A DNA stretch of 36,266 nucleotides from a virus. Lineage: Duplodnaviria > Heunggongvirae > Uroviricota > Caudoviricetes. A program made the position numbers and the translations under genes. The notes under the pieces are model-generated. The model saw only the letters and a program-made list of their open reading frames with translations, had not been told where the DNA came from and made no database searches. Of the stretch, positions 20,425 through 28,292 are shown piece by piece (position 1 is the stretch's first letter; the number at the start of each line of letters is the position of its first letter). The stretch lies in IMG/VR virus record IMGVR_UViG_2529292919_000024; one strand, written 5' to 3'.

Positions 20425-21943
20425 CCAGACGCCCCCAGATATCGGCAACAAAAATGGCACGGGTCAGCATGTCGATAAGTTCTGCATCATCCATCTGCGG
20501 ATATAATGAAGCAGCTTTGTTCATGGCGGCTTCAGGGCCATCTTTCAGCACAGAAAAAATGACGGGTTTCAGCAGGGGATCAACCGAACGCTGCCAGTCT
20601 TCCGGTGATACGCCCATCCGGTCGATATCATCCTCCTGCGGGATATCATCAGCGGATAATGCGGCCTCTTTCTGCGGACCGTTATCCGGGACAACCGGTT
20701 GTACAGTAAACACGGCTTCGTCACCGACCGGCTGCGGAATATGGAGTTTTTCCTGTATCCAGGAGACCGGAATACGCATTCCCGCCGCCAGTTTCGGAAT
20801 GGCGTCAGACAGTGCCGTAATATCACCCGCTTCACTGGTATCAAACACAATGCCCGGCAGGCGGTTAATATCAATGGTGCTGTCACTGTTCAGTGCCAGC
20901 AGGGGATAAATCAGGTCACGGTTAATACTGCGGGCAAGCTGGCCCACATCCGCGTTACGGATTTCCCGGCGAACCTCATCATGCACTTCACCCAGCGACC
21001 GTGCACCTTTATCGCCGGCCTCTGTGGTCAGGGTGCCGCCCAGAATGGCTTTTGAAATCGCTTTTTCTGCCCAGCCAATCATCGCCATAAAGGGGTCTGA
21101 CTGACCATCTGCGGCGCTCTGAAAATCCAGCGTCATCCCCATCGGAATAATGCCACCGGCACGTCGCCCGATATCCATCACGGCCTGCATCAGCGTGGCT
21201 TTCTCACGGTTTGTGGAGCCGGTCGGATATTTACCGACGCGCATGGGGAGTCCGTAAATTTCCAGAAACTCCGCAAAATCACGCACGGAATAGTTTTTAA
21301 AAATAAAAGGCCAGATAAGCGTGCGCACAAGGCCATTGGTGCCGACGTACCCGGTACGGGATTTGGCCCGGTGCATAAACCAGCCGAACGGTTGCAGCTC
21401 CAGCCCGTGATAAGACGCATCACGCAGGCGTAATTCGTTCAGGTTGTCGGGGTTCGCGCAGAATAGCGCCGGATCGCGATGATGCAGCGCCACCGGCACG
21501 CGCATTTTTCCCAGCCAGCCCCATTCAATCTCCTGCATGGAATAACCCTTGAGAATGGCATCACCGGCATCAAACAGGGCATCTTCAAACCACGCCGCAT
21601 CATGCAGATATTCATTCAGCATGTCGGCGTCTTTTTTCTCCTGTGCGCTGGCATCACGTGCCGGAGCGATGCGCCATTCCAGCGCCTGAATGGCAAGGCG
21701 GCGCTTGCTCAGTTCGGAAAAAAGGTGGGTGTCCTTTTCTTCCATATCAAAGGCCAGGTCAGCCTGTGCTGTCAGATCACCGCGTTCGGCATCACGCAGC
21801 ATCTGCGCGGCCCGGTTCGGCGTCACACCACTGGAAGGATGCTCCTGCGTGCGCTTCATGACCATTGCCAGCTCATCGCTGCGGGTCTGCATTTCATCGT
21901 CAAAATCAAACGGCTGCCCGGAAATATCCAGAATACGGCCCAT
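20405..21943 (-). CDS. H: Portal protein
   Basis: 512-aa ORF directly after the large terminase gene. Confidence 0.88.
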   Translation of the reverse strand: MGRILDISGQPFDFDDEMQTRSDELAMVMKRTQEHPSSGVTPNRAAQMLRDAERGDLTAQADLAFDMEEKDTHLFSELSKRRLAIQALEWRIAPARDASAQEKKDADMLNEYLHDAAWFEDALFDAGDAILKGYSMQEIEWGWLGKMRVPVALHHRDPALFCANPDNLNELRLRDASYHGLELQPFGWFMHRAKSRTGYVGTNGLVRTLIWPFIFKNYSVRDFAEFLEIYGLPMRVGKYPTGSTNREKATLMQAVMDIGRRAGGIIPMGMTLDFQSAADGQSDPFMAMIGWAEKAISKAILGGTLTTEAGDKGARSLGEVHDEVRREIRNADVGQLARSINRDLIYPLLALNSDSTIDINRLPGIVFDTSEAGDITALSDAIPKLAAGMRIPVSWIQEKLHIPQPVGDEAVFTVQPVVPDNGPQKEAALSADDIPQEDDIDRMGVSPEDWQRSVDPLLKPVIFSVLKDGPEAAMNKAASLYPQMDDAELIDMLTRAIFVADIWGRLDAAADH

Positions 21944-23598
21944 TACCAGCCCCCTCGTTCAAACTGGTGATAATCATCAAAATCATCGTTATCAACATCA
22001 TCACCACGGTGGCGTGGTGGCAGCGCCTGTATGCTGTCCTCGTCGATAACAAAACCATTCATATAAGACGCCCTGACAGCCATACAGAGCGCCACGGCAA
22101 AGTCACCATGTCGTCGGCCTTTACCGCTTTCATCTTTTGTGCGCCCCTTATCAATCTGCGGAATACCTTTGTCCACCTTGATATGAAGCAGGTCATCGAG
22201 TGTGGTCTGATGCCGGGCAATCGTGATGTTCTGCGCTTCAAACTCGCCTTTCAGTTTCGGCATCCACTCCTGATACCAGGCGGCGGTCAGACTGATGCAG
22301 TCGATCATCTCCGGGCCATAAATCAGACGGGCGGCTTCTGCCAGATAACCGCCGTTACCGGTGGCATCAAATGCAGCGCCGGTAAAACGGGGCAAACGGG
22401 ACAGAATGAATAAAAGGATTTGTCGCTGCTGGTCATAGGTCACATTACGCAGCTCCACGCGGAAACATTCGCGTTTGCGTAAGTCAGGCGTGATGGCAAG
22501 CGGCACAAACACCGTCAGGTCGCCACGGCGTGCAAAGTCTTCGCCCAGTACGTGTTTATTGAGCGGCGACAGCGCATCGAGCAACGGGAGCAGCTCCTGT
22601 TCACACCAGTCCTGAACGATGCCGTGGCGCATTTGTGGTGTCAGCGATTCAAAATCGTCCGGGGCTTCAAAACGCAGAATCGGGATATCCCGCACTGGCG
22701 TCATGGCGGCTTCAATCAGCACGCGTGACAGATAAGCGCCCCCGGATTTTTTGGGAATGCAGCCGTATTCCTCGTCGGCACTCTCTTTATTCGGCGCATT
22801 CCGGTACAGGCCATCACGCCAGGCTTTTTCCGCTTCCGGCGACCACGGCTGATTCGTGACGTAACAGATACGTCGGTACAACCCGTCAGCGATGGCATCA
22901 TCCAGCGTGATGCGGTGAACGCTGTAATCCTTGCGCCCCTCGCGCGCATCCTGAATGTACTGGTTAAACAGGTTATCGACGCCGTTATGTGTCGATATGA
23001 TCCGCACGCGGGCACCCCACATGGTGAGAGCAAAAGCCGCTTTCAGGAGTTCGTCCAGGGCTTCATGAAATGCCGCCTCATCAATCACCACGTCCCCCTG
23101 CAAACCACGCAGGTTAGACGGACGGCTTGACAGCGCCTGCACCTTAAATCCGCTGTTAGGGAAACGGATCATATAAGTGAGGATTTCTTCTTTTTTGTCG
23201 CTGTCCCAGAAGGTCTGCTCCCATACGTCAGCCTTTGCCAGTTGGTTAAAGGCGCGGGCAAACAGGGCACAGGCGGCAATGTATTCCAGCGCCATTTCCT
23301 GACGGGAACCCACATAAAAAACGTTGCGACCGCCACGGCGACGCGGCTTTGCTGCCGTCATGACATTGCGGCCCGCTTCGGCCCATGTCAGACCGGTACG
23401 ACGGGATTTTTCAGCAATACAAATCTGGCTTTCATCCTCAAACCAGCGGCGCTGATAACCCAGAAAAACCGGTTCATTGCGAGGCTGTGCTTCCCCGATA
23501 TCGGTAACGATATTCACGCCCAGCAGTTCGGCTTCCTCACGCAGGTCGATTTTTCGGGGGGCATGAAGGGCTTTAAGATTGTTTTCTCTGGTGTTCAT
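21943..23598 (-). CDS. E: Terminase large subunit
   Basis: 551 aa from the ATG at 23598 (MNTRENNLKALH...). The ORF-track extension to 23790 overlaps D and is not coding. Confidence 0.88.
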   Translation of the reverse strand: MNTRENNLKALHAPRKIDLREEAELLGVNIVTDIGEAQPRNEPVFLGYQRRWFEDESQICIAEKSRRTGLTWAEAGRNVMTAAKPRRRGGRNVFYVGSRQEMALEYIAACALFARAFNQLAKADVWEQTFWDSDKKEEILTYMIRFPNSGFKVQALSSRPSNLRGLQGDVVIDEAAFHEALDELLKAAFALTMWGARVRIISTHNGVDNLFNQYIQDAREGRKDYSVHRITLDDAIADGLYRRICYVTNQPWSPEAEKAWRDGLYRNAPNKESADEEYGCIPKKSGGAYLSRVLIEAAMTPVRDIPILRFEAPDDFESLTPQMRHGIVQDWCEQELLPLLDALSPLNKHVLGEDFARRGDLTVFVPLAITPDLRKRECFRVELRNVTYDQQRQILLFILSRLPRFTGAAFDATGNGGYLAEAARLIYGPEMIDCISLTAAWYQEWMPKLKGEFEAQNITIARHQTTLDDLLHIKVDKGIPQIDKGRTKDESGKGRRHGDFAVALCMAVRASYMNGFVIDEDSIQALPPRHRGDDVDNDDFDDYHQFERGGW

Positions 23599-23605
23599 AA
23601 CCCTC

Positions 23606-24196
23606 TCATGCCTTACCCAGCAGCACATCACGGATACGCTGCTCCAGCTCTTCGCTGATGCCATCCTGCCCGCGCAGTTCTTCACTGACGGCGTTTGCCG
23701 CTTCTTCTGCGAATGCCTGGCGGATTTCTTTCTCGCGCCGGTGGCTGGACATTGCCGTGGATTCCAGACGCTGTGCCGCCAGCATGGCATTTTTCAGCAG
23801 GTCAATATCCACGTCAGATTCCGGGTTTTCGATTTGCCGCATCATGGCCTTAAAAAGCTGGCTGCGGGCCATTTCCAGAATCAGCTTTGTGGTTTCTCCC
23901 ATTGGCTTGTCACCAAGTTCTGCGGTCAGTGCTGACGTCATTTCACGCATCTGTCGCAGGTTATGGCCTACCTGCTCGACGTTCGTCGCGTAACGGTTCA
24001 GACCGGAACGGGAGAGTTTCATCTCATCCGGCAGGCCAGCGTCTTCAATCAGTGCGTTAATTTCTTCCAGAATGCGGGCCTGTGGGATCGCTTTATCACG
24101 CAGCATTTCATGCAGCGTTTTACGTACGTTTTCCGGCAGTAAATCCACTTTTGAAGCCCGGCCCCGTGTTTTCCTGTCCATCACGCCTCCTGTCAT
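23606..24196 (-). CDS. D: Terminase small subunit-like DNA-binding protein
   Basis: 196-aa charged, helical ORF immediately upstream of the large terminase gene. Confidence 0.75.
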   Translation of the reverse strand: MTGGVMDRKTRGRASKVDLLPENVRKTLHEMLRDKAIPQARILEEINALIEDAGLPDEMKLSRSGLNRYATNVEQVGHNLRQMREMTSALTAELGDKPMGETTKLILEMARSQLFKAMMRQIENPESDVDIDLLKNAMLAAQRLESTAMSSHRREKEIRQAFAEEAANAVSEELRGQDGISEELEQRIRDVLLGKA

Positions 24197-24483
24197 GCAC
24201 GGGGACGAGGACGCTTGACACCGGCAACGCGGGCACGACCTTCCGCCACATCCTGACCTCGGGAGGTCAGCGTTACGACATAAAAGCCGCGCAGGTTTTC
24301 CACGGTGACCAGTTGCTGCTCTGCCAGCCAGTCAATCTGGCCGCGAACCACATCGCGGGAAACGTTGTGTCCGTATGCATCCAGACAGTCCTGAAGGATG
24401 GATTCGTTTGCTTCGTTATTGCAGTCCATCAGGGAACGCAGGATGACCAGACGACGGTCTTCGGTCAGAATATCGTTAATCAT
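24193..24483 (-). CDS. Hypothetical protein (Mu gp26-like)
   Basis: 96-aa ORF with ATGA overlap; assigned by synteny. Confidence 0.55.
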   Translation of the reverse strand: MINDILTEDRRLVILRSLMDCNNEANESILQDCLDAYGHNVSRDVVRGQIDWLAEQQLVTVENLRGFYVVTLTSRGQDVAEGRARVAGVKRPRPRA

Positions 24484-24797
24484 GAATTACTCCGGTTTAC
24501 TGCGTTTTCAAGCAGCAGCTCCAGTTGATGGGAAAATGACTGCACCCGCTGGGACAGCACCCGGATATCGCCGGACAGCTCTGCAATTCGCAGGCGCATT
24601 TCGTGTACATCTTCTGTGCCAGGGATGCTGGCGTAGCGGGTTTCCATTTCGGTCATCCGGTTTTCAAGACGCTCCACACGCTCAGTGCTGGCAAAACTAC
24701 GACGCATTGCCCAGACGGCCCCACCGGCCACAACAGGCAACAGGTAAGGCCATAACGCTAAAACTGAAATCAAATCCATTATTCTGCTCCACGGCAC
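24480..24797 (-). CDS. Lysis-associated membrane protein (holin/releasin-like, Mu gp25-position)
   Basis: 105 aa with one N-terminal transmembrane segment (LISVLALWPYLLPVVAGGAVW) followed by a coiled-coil, located in the lysis cassette. Confidence 0.6.
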   Translation of the reverse strand: MPWSRIMDLISVLALWPYLLPVVAGGAVWAMRRSFASTERVERLENRMTEMETRYASIPGTEDVHEMRLRIAELSGDIRVLSQRVQSFSHQLELLLENAVNRSNS

Positions 24798-24973
24798 CAG
24801 TGGCAGTAGTTCGCCATCGGCTGCTGTCTCAGCACATCAGGCCGCAGCTCACGACCGCAACCGGCACACAATACAGGCGGGTCATACGCCGCCGGGCGGG
24901 GAATATCACGGGTATCCCCCTGCCAGAGTTCAGCGAGCAGCAGCGCCACCGCCCGGTTCTGGTCTTCGTTCAT
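24779..24973 (-). CDS. Small Cys-rich protein (zinc-ribbon-like)
   Basis: 64 aa with CAGC...CHWC motifs; overlaps the o-spanin 3' end. Confidence 0.5.
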   Translation of the reverse strand: MNEDQNRAVALLLAELWQGDTRDIPRPAAYDPPVLCAGCGRELRPDVLRQQPMANYCHWCRGAE

Positions 24974-25271
24974 AAATTTCTTTCCTTCGGGTCTCCTGTT
25001 CCCGGACTGATGCCTTGTCGCGGTTGCACTGCCCGAGCGCCATCAACAGGTCAGTATTCCAGAGAAGGGATGCTCCCCACGTCAGGGGCTGTGGCATGGG
25101 CGGAACGGGCGTTGCTTCCGTCAGTTCTGCATCAGTTTCGGGCAGGATCACCACCGATGGCACGGGTGCGTTTTTCGAGCTCCCGCAACCTGTCAGCAGC
25201 AACGGCAGGCACAGGACGAGTGCTGCAATTGTCACCGGTAATGGCGGTTGTAATTTTTTGTTTTGCATCAT
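24930..25271 (-). CDS. Outer-membrane spanin lipoprotein (o-spanin)
   Basis: Internal ATGATG start at 25271/25268. The signal peptide ends in the lipobox LLTGC and the mature part is proline-rich. Embedded in a +1 frame inside the i-spanin gene and extends beyond it. Confidence 0.7.
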   Translation of the reverse strand: MMQNKKLQPPLPVTIAALVLCLPLLLTGCGSSKNAPVPSVVILPETDAELTEATPVPPMPQPLTWGASLLWNTDLLMALGQCNRDKASVREQETRRKEIYERRPEPGGGAAAR

Positions 25272-25518
25272 GATGTTCTGTCTCGTCTGCCAGCCGCGCG
25301 GCACGATTTGCGGCACGGATAGCGGAAAATACCTGCATCGTCTGTTCCTGACCGTGTAACAACCATTCAGCCGTGTTGCGGGCCTGTTGCTCCGTCTGTA
25401 ATTCACGGCGCAGCGTCTGGTTATCGTGGCGGGTGCTGTCCAGCCTGTGCCACAACACCCCGGACAGAACGGCGGCAAACACGGCTGCCAGCAGTAAACT
25501 TTTACTGGCGAAGGTCAT
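25132..25518 (-). CDS. Inner-membrane spanin (i-spanin)
   Basis: 128 aa with an N-terminal transmembrane segment and a coiled-coil periplasmic domain; overlaps the lys 3' end. Confidence 0.7.
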   Translation of the reverse strand: MTFASKSLLLAAVFAAVLSGVLWHRLDSTRHDNQTLRRELQTEQQARNTAEWLLHGQEQTMQVFSAIRAANRAARLADETEHHDAKQKITTAITGDNCSTRPVPAVAADRLRELEKRTRAIGGDPARN

Positions 25519-25954
25519 CCGCCCCCCTGATATTCCAGATAGCCATTTCCACTTCGCGACGGTTCATCAGTCCTTTCCATTTATGGCCTGCGGCAAACAC
25601 CCAGCGGGCCATCTGGTCACGCGCTCCGGCGTAATCACCGGCATTGAGTTTTTTCAGCAGCGTTGATTTACTGAATGCGGTAACACCGGTGTTGAAAATA
25701 AACGTTGCCAGCGCCGTTTTCTGATATGGCGTCAGCGGCACCCTGACAAGACGATCGATTGCCGCATAAACCGGTTTTAAATCACTGTCGAGAAGAGCCA
25801 TACACTCCGCATGGCTGTAACGGCGCATTTCGATATCCGGCCCGGTATGTCCCACACAGACCGTAAGCACACCGGCAATATCGCGGTAAGGCATATAAGC
25901 GATATTTTCCAGATGGATCAGAGACTGACGGGTCATTTCCTGATAACCACCCAC
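25502..25954 (-). CDS. lys: Endolysin lysozyme domain; N-terminal SAR-like segment and ATG start are out of frame upstream
   Basis: Glu-8aa-Asp-5aa-Thr catalytic triad (HLENIAYMPYRDIAGVLT). The first in-frame start is GTG at 25954. Upstream in the same frame runs ...KLKAALLAATIAGGG with no start codon, while an ATG with a Shine-Dalgarno sequence at 26016 is in another frame. Confidence 0.8.
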   Translation of the reverse strand: MGGYQEMTRQSLIHLENIAYMPYRDIAGVLTVCVGHTGPDIEMRRYSHAECMALLDSDLKPVYAAIDRLVRVPLTPYQKTALATFIFNTGVTAFSKSTLLKKLNAGDYAGARDQMARWVFAAGHKWKGLMNRREVEMAIWNIRGADDLRQ

Positions 25955-26039
25955 ACCGCCACCGGCAATCGTTGCCGCCAGCAGTGCGGCTTTCAGTTTT
26001 TGGGTATCCCCGCCATCATGCTTCCCTGAAAAAATGCTC

Positions 26040-26110
26040 TGATGGCAGTCTAAAAAATCAGATGGCAGGTGCGGGATTATGGTGACAGGAAATAACCAGC
26101 AGGATGCCGG
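26040..26110 (-). promoter_or_regulatory. Plys-like late promoter
   Basis: Minus-strand sense CTGATTTTTTAGACT: a T6 run abutting the -10-like TAGACT, with an ATTAT/CCC-rich upstream element. Same architecture as the Pmom region. Confidence 0.5.
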
Positions 26111-26533
26111 TTATTTCTGGCTTTCAGGTGAGAACAGATCAGGCTGATGACGTCGTGTATGCAGCTTTCTCTGGCGGGCAATAATCTGGTAGATCTGCGG
26201 CTGGGACAGGCGATACTGGCGACGCAGTTCTTCCATGTTACGACCATTGAACTGGCAGTAAAGCAAATCGTCGCGTAACGCGGTCAGGATCGTATCGCCG
26301 CAGGGGATGTAAAACTGCCGCCCGCCCAGAAAACAGGACAGGGCAACGGCCTGTTTACGGGCAAGCTCACGGGGATTGCTGACGTTCTGGCGTTTCAGTT
26401 CGTTTTCCAGAACATCAATCAGATCAACCACCGAACGGGGCCAGCGTGATTCCAGTTCCGGGGCCGGGATGTTATCAATATGTCCGATTAACTGGCGAAT
26501 TGCCGGATCGTGTTCAAATAAATCATGCTGCAT
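26111..26533 (-). CDS. C: Late gene transcription activator C
   Basis: 140 aa, paralogous to Mor in its C-terminal HTH (compare GGRQFYIPCG with GGGQVYIPRG). Last gene of the middle operon, upstream of lys. Confidence 0.9.
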   Translation of the reverse strand: MQHDLFEHDPAIRQLIGHIDNIPAPELESRWPRSVVDLIDVLENELKRQNVSNPRELARKQAVALSCFLGGRQFYIPCGDTILTALRDDLLYCQFNGRNMEELRRQYRLSQPQIYQIIARQRKLHTRRHQPDLFSPESQK

Positions 26534-26545
26534 ATTTTCCCCCGG

Positions 26546-26665
26546 TTAACAGACAGAAAGATACACCACGGCACTGATGGTTATCAGAACCACAAGGGCA
26601 ATCACTTTTATCGCACTAATCAGCGTGGACGGCCCGAAACATTCATCACTGAATTTTCTGTACAT
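26546..26665 (-). CDS. Small hydrophobic peptide (39 aa)
   Basis: MYRKFSDECFGPSTLISAIKVIALVVLITISAVVYLSVC with an AAGGGG Shine-Dalgarno sequence 5 nt upstream; packed 9 nt after the upstream gene and 12 nt before C. Not in the ORF track because it is under 60 aa. Confidence 0.45.
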   Translation of the reverse strand: MYRKFSDECFGPSTLISAIKVIALVVLITISAVVYLSVC

Positions 26666-26674
26666 GGTGCCCCT

Positions 26675-27037
26675 TTACCCGAACAGACGAGCGCGAAAAC
26701 GAAAGGAGAGCCAGAACGTCAGCAATCCGGCCAGCGCCCAGATGACATGCTCAGGACCCGTTTTCAGTTGAGACGTTGCCATCACGGCTAATCCCAGCCC
26801 GGACAGACTCCCCAGCCAGGTCAGAGGCCAGACGAACCGGGCAAAATGTTCAGGCACCCGGCAGCTCATTATCAGCGCATCCAGACAATCAGCGGCAACA
26901 CATAAAGCAACACTGAAAACCGAGGCACAGCAAAACATCAGCGCGCGCCAGCCACAAAACAGACTTATCCACAATAACAGCGCCAGTAATACCACCGATA
27001 AAAAATCAGGCCACTGACGAGCAGAACGCTCAGACAT
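26675..27037 (-). CDS. Small integral membrane protein (3-4 transmembrane helices)
   Basis: 120 aa from the ATG at 27037, which has a GGAGA Shine-Dalgarno sequence; strongly hydrophobic. The ORF-track start at 27088 is an upstream extension. Confidence 0.6.
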   Translation of the reverse strand: MSERSARQWPDFLSVVLLALLLWISLFCGWRALMFCCASVFSVALCVAADCLDALIMSCRVPEHFARFVWPLTWLGSLSGLGLAVMATSQLKTGPEHVIWALAGLLTFWLSFRFRARLFG

Positions 27038-27248
27038 AATGTTTCTCCCTGTAAAGCAGGCAATGATGAAGAATTTCCGGCATATCAACTGACTGCCAGC
27101 CTTTCATGTAATAACTGCCGTGGGTGCCATCATGACCGGTATAGTCGCGGGGCGCAGGCCGTGGCCCACCGGCGACACGGTGCAAAACCTCCTGACGCAG
27201 CCGCTCACGTCTGCCAAGATGAAAGGATGCATTCCAGCCTTTACCCAT
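27030..27248 (-). CDS. Hypothetical protein, first gene of the middle operon
   Basis: 72-aa ORF with a GGGGGAA Shine-Dalgarno sequence 6 nt upstream of the ATG. Confidence 0.5.
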   Translation of the reverse strand: MGKGWNASFHLGRRERLRQEVLHRVAGGPRPAPRDYTGHDGTHGSYYMKGWQSVDMPEILHHCLLYREKHYV

Positions 27249-27294
27249 GATGATTTCCCCCGGTACGGTTATTCATCACAGGATATTGAGGACG

Positions 27295-27318
27295 TAAAAA
27301 AGCCGGATTAACCGGCTT
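27295..27318 (-). terminator. Early-operon intrinsic terminator (t9.2-like), possibly overlapping the middle-promoter activator site
   Basis: On the minus strand, AAGCCGG-TTAAT-CCGGCTT followed by a T run, 7 nt after the mor stop. The dyad could double as a Mor-binding element for the middle promoter. Confidence 0.65.
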
Positions 27319-27324
27319 TACTGT

Positions 27325-27714
27325 TTACAGAAGTGAGGGCTGGTACTGGCGGTATTTCAGCCGTCGCATCCGGCGAATGGCCTTGTAAACCGTATTGAAA
27401 GTGACACCATAACGGGTGGTCAGTTCGCTGACGTTGCGACCGTTAAAATCATTCCAGATACGCAAATCCCGAATCAGCGAGTCCAGAACCTGACCGCGTG
27501 GAATGTAGACCTGACCGCCGCCCAGATGCTTACAGATAGCCACAACAATCTCCAGTGAATGGGCAGGATCAACACCCAGCCGGGACAATTCCCCGCGTAG
27601 TAAATCGTTCAGCTCCGCCAGCAGTGCCGGAAAGCGTGACGTATCCTCTGCGGGATTGTCAAGATGTGCCAGGATGGTGTCATCCTGCAAATCACCAAAT
27701 AAATCTTCCGTCAT
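27325..27714 (-). CDS. mor: Middle operon regulator Mor
   Basis: 129 aa, matching Mu Mor in size and paralogous to C. Last early gene before the terminator. Confidence 0.9.
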   Translation of the reverse strand: MTEDLFGDLQDDTILAHLDNPAEDTSRFPALLAELNDLLRGELSRLGVDPAHSLEIVVAICKHLGGGQVYIPRGQVLDSLIRDLRIWNDFNGRNVSELTTRYGVTFNTVYKAIRRMRRLKYRQYQPSLL

Positions 27715-28262
27715 TGTGCCATCCTCCGCGTCTTTCTGGCATGGGCATAAGCCGCCGTCATGGCATCATAGCCGCGCAGTTCACGACCGGACGGACTGAC
27801 CGGCAATGGAAGCCCGTGACGGGAAAAGGCTTCACGAATACAGCGGATGTGCCACTGCTTGAGTGTTTCGAGGACTGTCAGCAGCGTGTCGCCATGACAC
27901 CACGCCAGTGTGGAAACGCCCTGTCCGCCGTTGCGTTTCGCGGTCAGGCGCTGAACATATTTATCCAGCGCCACATCACCGCCATCGGTAATAAAACCGT
28001 CTTCTGCCATCTGCTGCCAGACTTTGTACACCTTCTCGCGGGGCGTGACATGTTCCTTAAAGCGGCGACGTGGATGTTTATTCAGCTTCTTAAAGCCGCG
28101 TTCTTTCATTGCATCGAGCGTCTGTTCCAGTTGCGTAACCGTCAGCTCGCGGCAACTGGTTTTGCCCGTTTTCTGCATCAGAAAGGCGCGGTAAGTGTCA
28201 TCGTCGAGTTGTAGCTCCCGACGGGCGACATGGATTAATTTAATAAGCGATGTGCGATTCAT
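27711..28262 (-). CDS. gemA: GemA (gene expression modulation protein)
   Basis: 183 aa from the ATG at 28262 (MNRTSLIKLIHVARREL...), with ATGA overlap to mor. The ORF-track extension to 28430 is non-coding. Confidence 0.8.
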   Translation of the reverse strand: MNRTSLIKLIHVARRELQLDDDTYRAFLMQKTGKTSCRELTVTQLEQTLDAMKERGFKKLNKHPRRRFKEHVTPREKVYKVWQQMAEDGFITDGGDVALDKYVQRLTAKRNGGQGVSTLAWCHGDTLLTVLETLKQWHIRCIREAFSRHGLPLPVSPSGRELRGYDAMTAAYAHARKTRRMAQ

Positions 28263-28292
28263 TTGCTCACCTCTCATATTAAGGAATGAGAT

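Noticed and set aside
24930-25478. 182-aa ORF in the lysis cassette read as a single protein
   Set aside because: The first 69 codons are just an open frame over the i-spanin gene. The lipoprotein signal peptide with lipobox begins at the internal ATG at 25271, so it is reinterpreted as an embedded o-spanin.
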